From Tubulanus polymorphus (lineage: Eukaryota; Animalia; Nemertea): a stretch of DNA of 64,000 nt. The translations under genes and the position numbers were made by a program. The stretch's first letter is position 1, and each line of letters begins with the position of its first letter. The stretch covers positions 16,479,807 to 16,543,806 of the forward strand of contig NC_134031.1 in NCBI RefSeq assembly GCF_964204645.1. The letters run 5' to 3'. The notes under the pieces were generated by a model that ran no database searches, was not told the DNA's origin, and saw nothing but the letters and a program-made list of their open reading frames with translations. Positions 24,601 to 36,599 of the stretch are shown one piece after another.

Positions 24601-26546
24601 TTCTATTATCTTATATTAATTCCTGTCCATGTTCAGCATTTGTTTTGAAACAGACTGCCGAAATAGAGGCTTTAAAATGACCAGGACGGAACTTACTTAT
24701 GTATTTGTAAATGATGAATACTTTTTTCTAGAATTTGTATATGATACTTATATTTATACATATATATATATTTGAATTGCGAACGGTTCATGAACTTTTT
24801 AAAAACAACGAAATGTAAAAAAAAAATTGATAAAATAAAAATGGACTCTATTCACATAAAGTACTAAACGCTCTTGTTTATATTCGATACGGGAATTCGT
24901 TCTCAGCTGCGGTACGTCCTCATTTGCGTCCGGCGTCAGATCAAGTTTGCTGAAGGAATTTCGGATTCTTTTTTCATATTTTTCACGTTTCAATTTTTAG
25001 AAATCGGCACGTTCTTCCCAATAGACAGTAATACTTGTCAAAATATGATTTCTCGCAAATTGATCACACAGATGCACATTGGTCTATAAAATGGATAATT
25101 CTGGACATTGACAGAAATATTTCAGTAGCTTATCTGAATTTTCATTTGTAATTGTCTTTCTAGGCCGTCATTGGGAACGAAACAGCTTAGTATTCCGATG
25201 GTTCCAGCGGCCAACATGCCTTGTGCCGTGAATCCGATTAGTTTGATGTCGCACAACGGTGGATTACATTCGAACGGAATATTGAGCGCGCCTGCCTCGT
25301 GCTTACCATCCCCTTCTAGCACTCCGTCACCACCGACTACAGACGTTAAACCATCCCTGTTACACGTCGGAATGCCCGGTCTTGATGTTGTCGATTCGCC
25401 ACAAGTAAGTATTAGTCACAAACTCAAGTGCCAATCCCCCATTTGATTCCTTTGTTCGGATTTGATGAAAACTGACGGTTTGAATTGATTCTTTCACTAT
25501 TTTGTCCTCAGTTGTCATTGGTCAGATTGCTGAAATACCCCATCTATGGGCCAATCAGATTGGGCTTCACACTAAATAGAAAACTCTATACCATAATTCT
25601 GATATTCGCCAGGGTCCTATTTTTATAGACTGGTATCAACTTTAACCTGGGGGTTAACTCAATGCACTTTCAAACCCCGGCTTAAAGGTAATGCCAGCCT
25701 ATAAAACCGGGCCCAGTAGTATAATTTTACATATCTGCACGTACCATTTGTATTCAAACTTGAAATATTTTAAGATTTTAATAATCTACCCTCGCCATGT
25801 AAAGCATTAACATCAATTGATTTATTTACAGATATCCAGCTCCCAACAGTCTGTATCATCGCTTAGCTCACAGTTATCTACGGGATCAGTGTCATCATCT
25901 GGTTCTGGTTTACTTCCGCAAACGAGTTTAGGTGTAACGGCAAGTCAGAGTAACGATAACACTATTGCTGGGTGAGAACCATATTAACGCTACTTCGAGA
26001 GCAGTGTATTTTGTAAATATATCGTTTTAGGTAGATAATTATTTATCTATCATCTATTCTCTTACAGGTGGCTTTCAAAGATTAATTTGTCGCCGTATCT
26101 GGATAATTTCAAAGCTCAGAACCTTTATACGATGGATCAGCTACAGAACTATTCAATGGAGGTAACAATAAACGTCCGGTAACGACACAATTTGTTAGCC
26201 AGGTATTCACGCAAATGTTAATAATTCTAACGCCTTCTTTCGACTTCAGGATTTCCAGAAATTGAAAATCGGCACCAGCCACTGCAACAAACTGTTGCAG
26301 GAGTTAGGCGCGTTCAAGCGTCAGATATTGAACCAGTTCGCTTGGGCAGCGCAGCAGCAACAGCCCAATCTCAACTCGCAGCAGAGTTTCCCATCGCCGG
26401 CATTGTTCGAAGTCACCCGATACACCTTTAAGCGCTCGATTAGTTTGAAACCGGCGACGCAGACGTACGAGAGCAATTACTTAACCAGCGATAACGACGA
26501 AAATTATGAAAACGACACAGACGACGCGGCCGATATCGATTTGTAA
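13362..26546 (+). CDS. TP73: p53-family transcription factor, p63/p73-type (TAD, DBD, OD, SAM, TID), longest isoform
   Basis: Exons 13362-13451, 13636-13757 ([10 protein letters not shown]), 17534-17672, 18952-19047, 19269-19330, 19437-19515 (KSTTWT), 19757-20163 ([22 protein letters not shown]), 20259-20362 ([13 protein letters not shown]), 20713-20926 ([21 protein letters not shown]), [21357-21374], 25164-25404, 25832-25971, 26068-26161 (SAM), 26250-26546 ([13 protein letters not shown]); phases are consistent. The symbol is approximate: a single invertebrate p53/p63/p73 co-orthologue. Confidence 0.95.
16358..16616. mobile_element. hAT-like MITE family A, copy 1
   Basis: CAGGGGGGCCGCTT...CTGGAAATCAGGGAA; homologous to 19531-19632 and 20392-20654. 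Confidence 0.6.
18036..18092 (+). promoter_or_regulatory. Internal (deltaN-type) promoter with p53-family response element
   Basis: AGACATGCCC AGACTTGAAT 18036-18055 (perfect half-site plus 8/10 half-site, no spacer), TTAAAAA at 18057, Inr-like TTAGTC near 18087. Confidence 0.55.
18308..18373 (+). CDS. Candidate deltaN first coding exon ([22 protein letters not shown])
   Basis: agcATGG Kozak; 22 codons to phase-0 donor TTG|GTATGA; joins exon 18952 in frame; in-frame upstream ATG at 18266. Confidence 0.55.
19091..19210. mobile_element. Harbinger-like MITE
   Basis: TIR CAGTTGCTTAAAAGTTGGTTA...TAACCAACTTTTGAGCAACTG. Confidence 0.6.
19531..19632. mobile_element. hAT-like MITE family A, internally deleted copy
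   Basis: GGGGCCACTTACTGGAAATCAGGGAA...AAGTGCCCAACCTG. Confidence 0.55.
20392..20654. mobile_element. hAT-like MITE family A, copy 3
   Basis: TIR AGGGTGCCCACTT...AAGTGGCTACCCTG. Confidence 0.65.
21357..21374 (+). CDS. Candidate 18-nt frame-preserving microexon of the p63/73-like gene (SLIRR)
   Basis: TTTTACCAG|ATCTCTCATCAGACGAAG|GTAAAA, phase 2-2. Confidence 0.5.
21637..21698. repeat. (ATC)n microsatellite, about 20 units
   Basis: Direct reading; intronic. Confidence 0.95.
22045..22243 (+). CDS. Alternative terminal exon of the p63/73-like gene (SAM-less, gamma/p53-like isoform)
   Basis: Acceptor TTTCAG at 22044, phase 2 matching donor 20926; GC-rich open frame VVTTKIAK...[12 protein letters not shown], followed by an AT-rich UTR. 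Confidence 0.7.
25613..25713. mobile_element. Harbinger-like MITE with CAG target-site duplication
   Basis: CAG|GGTCCTATTTTTATAG...CTATAAAACCGGGCC|CAG. Confidence 0.65.
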
Positions 26547-28656
26547 TAATAAACATTTGATTTATATATATTTAACAACGACTTCATATAATGTTAAGTA
26601 TAGCCGATGCATTCTGTTCTGAAGTAATTAAGAAATTGAAGGCATTTTCGGAATTCGATTTGTGATATTATTCTTTGCGAGACGCATGAGTTTGGGTTAC
26701 AGTTTGCATTTTAGATTTTACTGCCACCTTTTCTCACATCTTCGAAATGCAGCGATAAACCGGATTACGATCCGCGATAGTTAGTAGCTAGAAAACAAAT
26801 TTGCTGTATGGTAGAACACTTTATTACTAATATAATGATTTCAAAGTATCCGAGATGATGTACGTATTTCAATTACTTTGTACGTATTTCAATTATTTTG
26901 ACTTGATTTTGATGTAATTTTCTACCATACTGCGTGATATCGTTATTACTATGTACACAACCAGTACAAACCAAAGTGTGTTCCACTTACAACACTACAA
27001 GTACATAAGCCAACTGCCAGCCGGCTCTTTCAACTTCTCCTTTGAGAATATTTTCTTTGTAAAACGCATTTTTTATGTTCCGTATTTGTTTTTTGAGAAT
27101 CTTACTACGTATATGTTCATGCTCTTCCAGCATTTATGAGAAAAGAAGCGTTTTCTGATGTGACGAAAGCTCGAAATCTATTGCGTAATCAGGATTGGAA
27201 ATAGTGTATGTAGTTGGGCCTTCGTGTATTGAGGCTTGATTAAAGAAAAAAGCCAAGCACAAAAAAAGAATTAATCGTGCGTCTAGATTTCACGTGTGTT
27301 CAGGACATTTCTGATTGAAAATGGACTGGCAAATGTCTGAAGAGGTAGGGTTCGAGCAGCAGAATGTTGCCGCACCTGCGTGTGTGACTTAATATGTATT
27401 TGAAAATTGTTTTGTAATTTCATACTTGAAAATCTTATAATCAATAGCCAGTAGATATAGTTTTCTTCGACAATGTGTGCTTGATTTGAGTATTCATATC
27501 TTCTACCCACGGAAAGAGATATTATAAGAATTGGCGTCATAATGATACGTAAAGCAACATTTAATGAAATATTTGATTGTGTAAAAGTAGCGACACTGAT
27601 AGTGTATGTTTGTATGCATTTAGTTATTGCCTTTGGATCAAATGTTGTTCTTTGTATGAAACGACATGTAGTTATTCAAAAAAGTGTGATTCTATAAACG
27701 TTAAAGTGTAATTATTCATATCTGGCTGAATTAAGTGCCAACTGATGAGATTGAACGTGTTAACATTTTGACGTGTTTCTTCAAGTTTTAGTTAGAGTTG
27801 ATATCATATTATTAGTGTCACTTATGCAATAGGATTTTCAACTGGATTAATGTGCACATTTTGTTTTTCCAGTTGTGCATAGTTCCACTAAAACGATACA
27901 TTATTTGATGTACATACATGATTATCATAGCTATAGATTAAGTTGTGTAGGCTAAATTGTTCAGAAACTAATCGCATCATTAGTGCTTGTTTCTGGACAA
28001 TTGACTTATGCTATTAGACTTTCTGACGAAAATTATAAAAACAGAGTAATTTGTGTAAATAGATGAATATGGCTTTGATGACCACTGAAATTTGTGGAAT
28101 GTTATTTTGTATTTCATAAAATTTTTCATTTTTGAAATTCCAATGCATGGAGTTGCAGAAAAGTTTTTTTTTTTTTTTTAGCAGTTTTCCGATGTATTCG
28201 ATGTCGTATGAGAATGCTTCGGAATGTATGCATTTCTCATTCCATATCATTGTAGCATTTCATGTACGATGTGTGTATTTTGACTATGTACTTATACATC
28301 TGCATTATTCTCAAATTCGCATTGATGCCGTAATTTGAAGAAAAAAAAACGACATTTCGTTTAATGATCATGATTCTGTGAAAATTCAACTGTGATAAGA
28401 ACGATGATCACTTCAGTGCCAATCATGTCGAACATTATTTTTTCTGTAAAAGCCCATTCCACTGAAGATAGCTTTGCCTAGAATCTTCCATGTTGGGTCT
28501 TTTATAGAATCCGGATCAGTTACGTTATTAGTGAAAAAATGTTTCTATATACTTAAAAGTTGCATAAATTGCTCAAAAATGTAGACATTCCCTGTTTGTA
28601 ATAAAATATATTCATATAAATGAAAAATGTGGATATGATCAACTAGAATTTATCAG

Positions 28657-28766
28657 GGCTCAGTTCCACAGTTGTGAGTTATTGTTAAAACTCTGAGTTA
28701 GAATCAATTCATTTTCAATGAGTTAACTCGGAGTCAAATCTTAACTCACAACCGTGGAACTGGGTC
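28657..28766. mobile_element. Harbinger-like MITE with CAG target-site duplication
   Basis: CAG|GGCTCAGTTCCACAGTTGTGAGTTA...TAACTCACAACCGTGGAACTGGGTC|CAG. Confidence 0.7.
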
Positions 28767-30028
28767 CAGGTGTCAATTCATTTTCGTTACTTCGACAAGA
28801 AATATCAATACCATAAGAAACTTCGATACATTTAGTTCCAGTTATCTGCATTTTGACGACGTTGTTTTTCTGGGATGTTCAAAGCATTTATATATTCCCT
28901 GAATTCTTTTGCCCTCTCCGTGTCGAGGACCGTACGCGGTTTATATTTTGGAAGGCGAATAGCCTGCATTTCATAAAATCTCATTTGAAATGGAATTTTC
29001 GTGTATGTATTTAATTGGATACTCGGTCTAGATCGCAGAGTTTCTCATATACTCGAACCCGAATCGTTAATGTTATATTAGATTTCACGGCGAAAACTTG
29101 TTTGTAATTTGGTTTTCATATATCAACTGCCAAAACCTTAAATTCGTAGGTATAAGGATCATTGTAATTATGTTAAGAGTGTCTAAAAATGTACACCATT
29201 ATGCAAAGTGATTTTAATTTTTGTTTTATCCGGTCAGATACAGACTGGCCAGTAAAAAAAGTGTCCAGCTTTTATTGTGGCTCATTGTGCGAAAAATAAT
29301 GTGCTCAACTATTACGTAAATTATGACTTCATCAAAAAAGAAATAGAACATTTTGTTGCAGGGAATCGGTCGATTCCAGCTGCAGCAGCTGTGACAAGCA
29401 GTTTAACTAATTTGATAGTTGCTGAGTTTGGGGAGTCCAACACTCGGTGAACAGATTATGTCAAAGTTATTTGAGTTTAATTTGAACATTCTACTGATTT
29501 GCTGAATGTTTTTTTTGTGTACACCATATTTTGATTCGCTTACAACAAACCCCTTATTGGTTTTGCGAACTAGATTTTTTCTACGATGTATATTAATTTT
29601 GTTGTAATTATTAAAACATAACTCTTTTGGAAAAAATACTAATACTATGTAAGTGATAGTATAGGAACGTTTATGATAATGAAATACTATTAGAAAATAC
29701 TAACATAATTATTGTGTAGAAAAATCAGGTTCAAATAAAAGCAAATTTATTCATATATAAAACAATGAATTCTTTCTCTTTGACGATGATTTCGCAGATG
29801 ATAGGATAATTTCATTATTCTCCTTTCATTTAGATGGTATGTTGATGGAGAAAATAATTTTGTTCACAAAGGAGAAAAAATAAAGATATTTGAAAGCAAA
29901 CATTCTCTTTGTGCTGCCCCTATGCGTGAACGGGGAAACCACGAACAAAGCTCTTGATGATCTATGTAGATCATGATATCAACAAGTTTAACAAGTTTTG
30001 GTCTTATTCACGCATAATTTTTACTACG

Positions 30029-32204
30029 ATGACGACGTATGATTTCGTCGCTGCGAGTTACGTAGCGTTTGTCGTACTATTACTGAGCTGTTCTGTCGCT
30101 GCTGTTGATGATGGCGGTTTTAGTTGTAAGGATCCAAATGGTAAAAATGTTAGTTGGTAAGTCAGTTTCGCTTCATACATGCTCTAGTGTATTGTCAGCA
30201 GTCAGCAGTCAGCAGTCAGCAGTATCGTCGATGGATCTAGTTTATACTGGTGACCATGATTAGATGGTAACTAGAGGGTTAAATATAATGCACCTGACGT
30301 CATACAAATGACGTCACAGCGCGCGAAACTGAGTTTCGTTTAATCGTGTAAGAATTTTACAAATATCAAAATATATCATTTTTCGTACAGCACAATTCTT
30401 ACCAGACCGTATACACCTTTTAGGATACGAACATTCAAACTCATCTTGTGAACTCATCTCGCATACGAAACACAGCAATGGCCTTCAAAAGATGGTTAAC
30501 TATCGCATTTTGTGTTCTAGGTTTATCGTCTACAAAGTACCGAAATTGCCAGGAAACAAAAACAAACTGATAGCCGCCGGTTTGGCACATTTTTACCTGG
30601 ATGCGAATAATCCGAGTCCGTTTCGACTTTCCCCGGTTTCCGTGGCTAGTAGTAGCGGACACGCCCTGGCAAATACGCTCAAACAGATGCACGATGGATT
30701 CATACAGAAAACCGTAAACATTAATCGAATCATCACTGAGAACAACTAACAAAAACTTCGTTTGAAAATTATTATGATTTTTCAAATGTTTTTTTTTTAG
30801 GATGTTTTGAGACTTCTTATGAATGATGAAACACCAGACAAACACAAAGACTCGTACCATGCCCACCAGAAAGGTAAATTGAATCCAGTTGTCTCAATTT
30901 ACAAACGTAGCTTTACGGGATTGTAAATGTTAATACATTGTTTGAAACAGGAGTTGTGCTGTTCAATCGTGACGGAGGATTCTGGATGGTTCATAGTATG
31001 CCACGGTTTCCAAACAGGGCTAATCGTACCTACGGATGGCCTGATAAAGATTTAAGATATGGACAAAGTTTCCTGTGTATTAGTATGAATTCCACTTTTC
31101 TGGATGTCATAGGTAACAAGTAAATGTATATGATTTATACTGACGTGGGAGTGAAATGCAATTATTGTATTTACAACAGATACCTTCATTTTTTTTCAGC
31201 CAATCTACTTGCTATCAGTCACCCAACGGTTTATGATTTCAATTTGCCAAAGACGTTCAAGGTAAACGCGATGTTTCAGCAAATAGCTCACAACAAAGCA
31301 GTACCCGTGAATGTCACCTATAAATCGTCGATTATAACGGCATCCGGCACTTACTTAAAAACATTCCAAGCATTTTCGAAGAGTAAGAAGTTTAACAAAG
31401 GTATATCATATTCCATCGCCATTTTCTTTTCATTATTCCTTGCGTTATTTCTAGACTAATGTTAAATCGTTTTTTCTTTAAGATCTGTATGGTAGTCTCG
31501 TAGCTCCTAGGTTAAAGGCTAACCTGAGAACTGAAACATGGCAACATGGACATCGTATTCCTTCAACTTGCCCTCCGTCGGGTTACCGGGTAAGAAATCT
31601 AGTAATCTGGATGGCAAAATATACTTAGAAGGCGTAAATCATAAAAGTAATGTGCACAAACTTTTTTTGTAATCTAGGTTGAAAATATCATTACCGTTAA
31701 ACTTGGCAATTCGATAGTATTCAACAGCACTCACGACCATTCCAAGTATGCCGTAGGCGATACGTCACCAATTGTCTGTATCGGAGACATTAATCGACAG
31801 GTATTACAGGATTGCCCGAACATTATTTCAAAGAGCTACCCAAGGCCTACCCAGGCTTATTCACAACTTGCGTTATACACTTTTTGCCCATACCTTTCCC
31901 AGATGATTGTTCCATGTTTCATGGGATCGCCTAACGGATACGAATCATATAGAATGATAACTTTGGAGTATTCAGTCTGATTACTCCAGGATGATACGAA
32001 ACTAATTCTGTTTATTTGCCTTTTCAGTATTCTCAATTCCACAGAGGAGGTGGTACTGTTTGTATATTTGATGCTAACGTATGGCGCGTGTTCCAGTCAC
32101 TGATTTTAGCCATCGAAAAGTGTCCTAATCACATTGACGAAACACTGAAATTCATTCCTAGGCGTAGAATGATCGTTCATAATAGTCCTACGCAGTATAC
32201 GTAG
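30029..32204 (+). CDS. DNASE2: Deoxyribonuclease II (plancitoxin-like), paralogue 1
   Basis: Exons 30029-30156, 30521-30713, 30801-30873, 30951-31112, 31200-31400, 31483-31589, 31678-31800, 32028-32204; signal peptide, SCKDPNGKNVSWFIVYKVP, AHQKG, GFWMVHSMPRFP, YGQSFLCIS, DHSKYA, CIGDINR, RGGGTVC. Confidence 0.92.
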
Positions 32205-33310
32205 CTGTATTCATTAAAATGATTTGTACATTGTAGTTGAGGCTCAACACTCATTTTGTTCACTGCTATAGTTGTTAGGGACATAATGTGCACATGTACA
32301 ACTCTTTTAAGAAAGAATAAGATGATAAAATGAAACCTTTTTTGATATTTCAGAGTAATAAAAGTAAATAAATTTCAGAGTAGTAAAGATTTTGCTAAGC
32401 TTTAACTACTATATTCTGAACTTCACGAGTTTTATGATTACTTCTATTTTGAATTTCAATATGTATTCACCATTCTGTCTAACAGCGCTATATCTTTGCT
32501 TATACGAATGACTTGTAAATGTTTTTGTTTAAAAGCATCTTTTGTACGAAATAAAGTTTTGTAACTATAAACCTATTCATCATATGCTATCATTTTACCT
32601 TTCCCCTAGATCTGATAAGTAGGCCAAAAAAAATTCCACAATTTTCATGTTCTATCTTTAAATCTACATATCTCCACATAATCAAAATTGATTGATTGGC
32701 TTCATAAATTTTTCATATTTCTTGGAATGCCCTTTTATAAAAAAACGTTGAATCAATAATACGAAAAGATCCAATGAATAGAATTTTTTTGTAAATCATT
32801 AAGAAAATGTTTTGTTGATTAATTCAGAAATTGACAAGAATCTATCATCAATATTTGATTTTTTGTATAGAAATACCCATGCACGTATAAACCAAGACAG
32901 CTTTCATCTGGCTATTAGGTTACACACATAATCAACAGAATATAGAATCATTATATACGACTTGCATTTGAAAATGATTCATTCCAATTACACATAAGAA
33001 AATGAAAGACTTACGCGGACACATATTCATTCTGTATTCAGTACGCCTGATGATAGCCAAAACGTTGCTCAAATACGTATATTCAAGAACTTTTCTCTCG
33101 GTTTATACAGACACATTTTCGTTACACAAAAATCTGTCCACAATCTGGTAAAGCTATCATTTTTGAACTGATATTATAGATGATTGACCCCCATGGCAAC
33201 TTTGAAGGTAAAAGCGTCGACACCTATTCGTGTTCCCATCAGTTTGACACGAGATAAATGGTTACTGATATCGCCTATCGTGCTTATCATTCTAATCAAG
33301 TCTCCATCGG

Positions 33311-33319
33311 CTATAAATA
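33311..33319 (+). promoter_or_regulatory. TATA box of DNase II paralogue 2
   Basis: CTATAAATA about 60 bp before ATG 33373. Confidence 0.55.
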
Positions 33320-33372
33320 AAACCCTAAGTGTCGTTTGAGTCAAATTTCAGAGACACGGACGTTTATACGAG

Positions 33373-35948
33373 ATGCTACCTATATTTTTGATCGTCGCCT
33401 GCTCTTTGGCGCTGCATTCGTCTGATGCCTATTACACGCGGAGTAAAGGCAGTAGATTTACGTGTAAAGATCCAAACGGCCAGGATGTTGACTGGTAACG
33501 TATAACGATGACGAAAACTTGTTTTGAATATCCTCTTTACGATATAATGAAGATATCAATACGTCGTATATTCGACGAATTAAAATTGGGCTCGACATTT
33601 CAAAAGTCGTGTTTGAAAATTTTTAAGGTATATCGTTTACAAGTTACCGAGAGATCGTGAAAACAGCAACAAACTGATCGAAGTTGGTTTGGCGCATTAT
33701 TACATGGATGCTAGGAACCCTAGATTTACGTTGTCTGAGGTATCGGTCAACGCGTCAAGCGGTCACGCTATCGCTAACACCCTTAAACAAATGTACGATG
33801 CAGATAAACTAGACAAGGTACTTGAAATCTTTGAAAAAATTTACCTAATTCAGCGTAGTTTTTATTTTTCTCATTCATCGGCGATGGTTAAGTAAATTTT
33901 CTCATTGATAGGATGTTTTAAGATTGTTGATGAATGATAGGGCACCAAGAGGGAAGACAATTTTCAACTTAGCACATCAAAAAGGTACCAACAGCTTTAA
34001 ACACATTTATTCTCAGTTTATTTTTTTTTTGTGGTCGACTCATCTAATGTATTTGATTTGACAGGAGTATTACTTTTTGGTCCTCTTGGTGGATTTTGGA
34101 TGATACAGAATACACCCGGATTCCCAAACGCACCGAGCACCCCATATGAATGGCCCCATTCTGGTACATATTTTGGACAAGCAGCCCTTTGTATTTCGAT
34201 GGCGACTGTTGACAATTTGGACGCTATTGGTAAGGGCATTGAACATGTGCTTATGAAAACTTAAGTCCTGGGCCCAGTTTCACAAAAGCGTTTAACTCAA
34301 ATTTTTGGTGTAGTCGCTATTGGTTACTTCATTTCTTCAATGAGGACAACAATTCAAACTTAACCGTGTTAGGCTTACACTTTTTCGTGAAACTGGGCCG
34401 TGCTGATCCATAAAATTTCAAGCAAAATGTAAAAAATATGAACAGAACGAAACGTTTGATTTGTAGGCGATATTCTGGCTATGAGTATACCAAATGTATA
34501 CGACAGTCGTCTACCAACACAGTTCAAAGTGAGTCCATTATTCGAACAAGTGGTAAATGGACATGTAAACGATTCGGCGCCATGGATTTTGGAGAGAACT
34601 TTGACCTCATCTGCCGGCGTCGAATTCAGAGCGTTTTCAAAACACACGAAGTTCAGTAACGGTAATCCGACAAGCAGCTTATTGATGTGTGAATGGCGAA
34701 ATTAACTATTATTTCGTTTATTTATCTCGGTAATGATATTCATATTATTCGTTTTCGCAGATCTGTACGAATTCGTTGCCGATAAGTTTGGGACAGATTT
34801 GAGAACCGAAACGTGGCAAAACGGACCCAAATATCGTAACTTGCCATCTTTCTGTCCGCTCACTGGACCGAAAGTAAGGCATACAATGTTGTGTGAGACC
34901 AATATGAAGATTTACCAAGCAAAATCAGTCTTCGAATGTACTATTTAATTGATTCTTCTTGTACTATTTAATTGATTCTTCTTGTACTATTTAATTGATT
35001 CTTCTTGTACTATTTAATTGATTCTTCTTGTACTATTTAATTGATTCTTCTTGTACTATTTAATTGATTCTTCTTGTACTATTTAATTGATTCTTCTTGT
35101 ACAATCTTTGCTGTTGTTAATGTTTTTAGGTTGAAAATATACTCTCCGTTCAGTTGGACAGCATAAGATTCGATAACCATCAAGATCATTCGAAATACGC
35201 GGTGTCTGACGGCGAACATTCGACTGTGTGCGTCGGGGATATCAACAGACAGGTAAATAAATGAAATAACTTAGTCTCATTGGGAAATTAGGCCTTTCTT
35301 CAATCATTTGGAGCACGGATCTTTTTCAAGAAAAATGGGAGGGCGAAGGGAAAAAATTAAAAGATGCAAACACATTTGTTTTTATAATACGCGTTTTTAG
35401 AAAAGAAGCTGACAGGAAAAGAATTTAAATGATCTTCTTTTCGATCATTTAAGTATTTTTTTTTTCACATAGATCGTCGGAAGGGCTGCAGGAAAAAATG
35501 AAAAAAGGAGTGAAAATTATTATGAATTTGTTTCAAATGATGGGAGAAATGATGAAAAAACTAAAATTTTTGCAAATCACGAGATTGAACATTAAGATCA
35601 CCATGAATTTTACAAGTTACTAGACGGACAAGACAAAAAAATCTATTGCAAAACTGTGATGAAAACACGGAGGAATAAAAAAAGGATTCTTTTTGTTTAA
35701 TTTGATGATTCTTGGGAGGCGGATCCGTACTCCAAGTAATTGAAAAAAAGCGTTAAAAATAACTTTATTGGATTGTATAAACGATCATATGATCTATGAA
35801 AACGTGACAATATTTATTGATGAATTTTACTTTCTAGAAATCGCAATTCAAAAGAGGAGGTGGAACGGTTTGTTTCAAGAATACGGCAGCATGGAACGCG
35901 TTCAATTCAGCGATTGGTTCTGTCGATGCATGCAAAAAATCCGAATGA
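33373..35948 (+). CDS. DNASE2: Deoxyribonuclease II (plancitoxin-like), paralogue 2
   Basis: Exons 33373-33494, 33628-33817, 33912-33984, 34065-34229, 34467-34661, 34761-34873, 35130-35252, 35838-35948; same intron positions as paralogue 1; AHQKG, DHSKYA, CVGDINR, RGGGTVC. Confidence 0.92.
34271..34399. mobile_element. Harbinger-like MITE
   Basis: TIR GGCCCAGTTTCAC...GTGAAACTGGGCC. Confidence 0.7.
34937..35102. repeat. 23-bp minisatellite, about 7.2 perfect copies
   Basis: (TGTACTATTTAATTGATTCTTCT)n in an intron of DNase II paralogue 2. Confidence 0.95.
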
Positions 35949-36599
35949 TAATCGTGAAAATTGTTTCAGAAAAACTCGAGCTATCAGGCGCGAGAATTCG
36001 TAGGCTATACATTGATCTACCTCAAACGATAATAAACTGATCATATATTTATACATTATTTGTTATCATATCTGTCTTATATCATGAATGCGTATCTTTC
36101 TCTACTGATATTGACGATCTTGGATGATTATAGTCTTTTTAACCAATGGCTATGGCGAAAAAGAAACTGAAACTTTATTCTAAGTTAATTTTACCGTACC
36201 AAAAATAAATTGTTATCAGTATTTTATTATCATTTACATTTATGCATCCAGCTTGGTGAGGCATCCGGTCGAAGGACAAAACTCTTTCTCATAATTTTTC
36301 CTTTTCTACGCGCATGCATGTGACTTATATTACTGATCAAACTTGCCATTATTTGATAAGCGTTTGTCCTCCCTCGTCAAGTGTTGATTATGTCTACACC
36401 AGTGTACATGATATTACGATAACTAACACAGATTCATATGAACAAGTAATAGCATAATCAAATACATATAGGAATATATAGAGCGCAGTATATATTTAAT
36501 ATCGTACTGCACTGGTTAAGTTTCAAGCAGATGTAAAATGAGCGGGATTTCTCATCGCTATCACCTGCCCGCATCATCATCAACCGCAACAATAATACT

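Noticed and set aside
34937-35102. 23-bp repeats as a CRISPR array
   Set aside because: No spacers, intronic, eukaryotic context, no cas genes.
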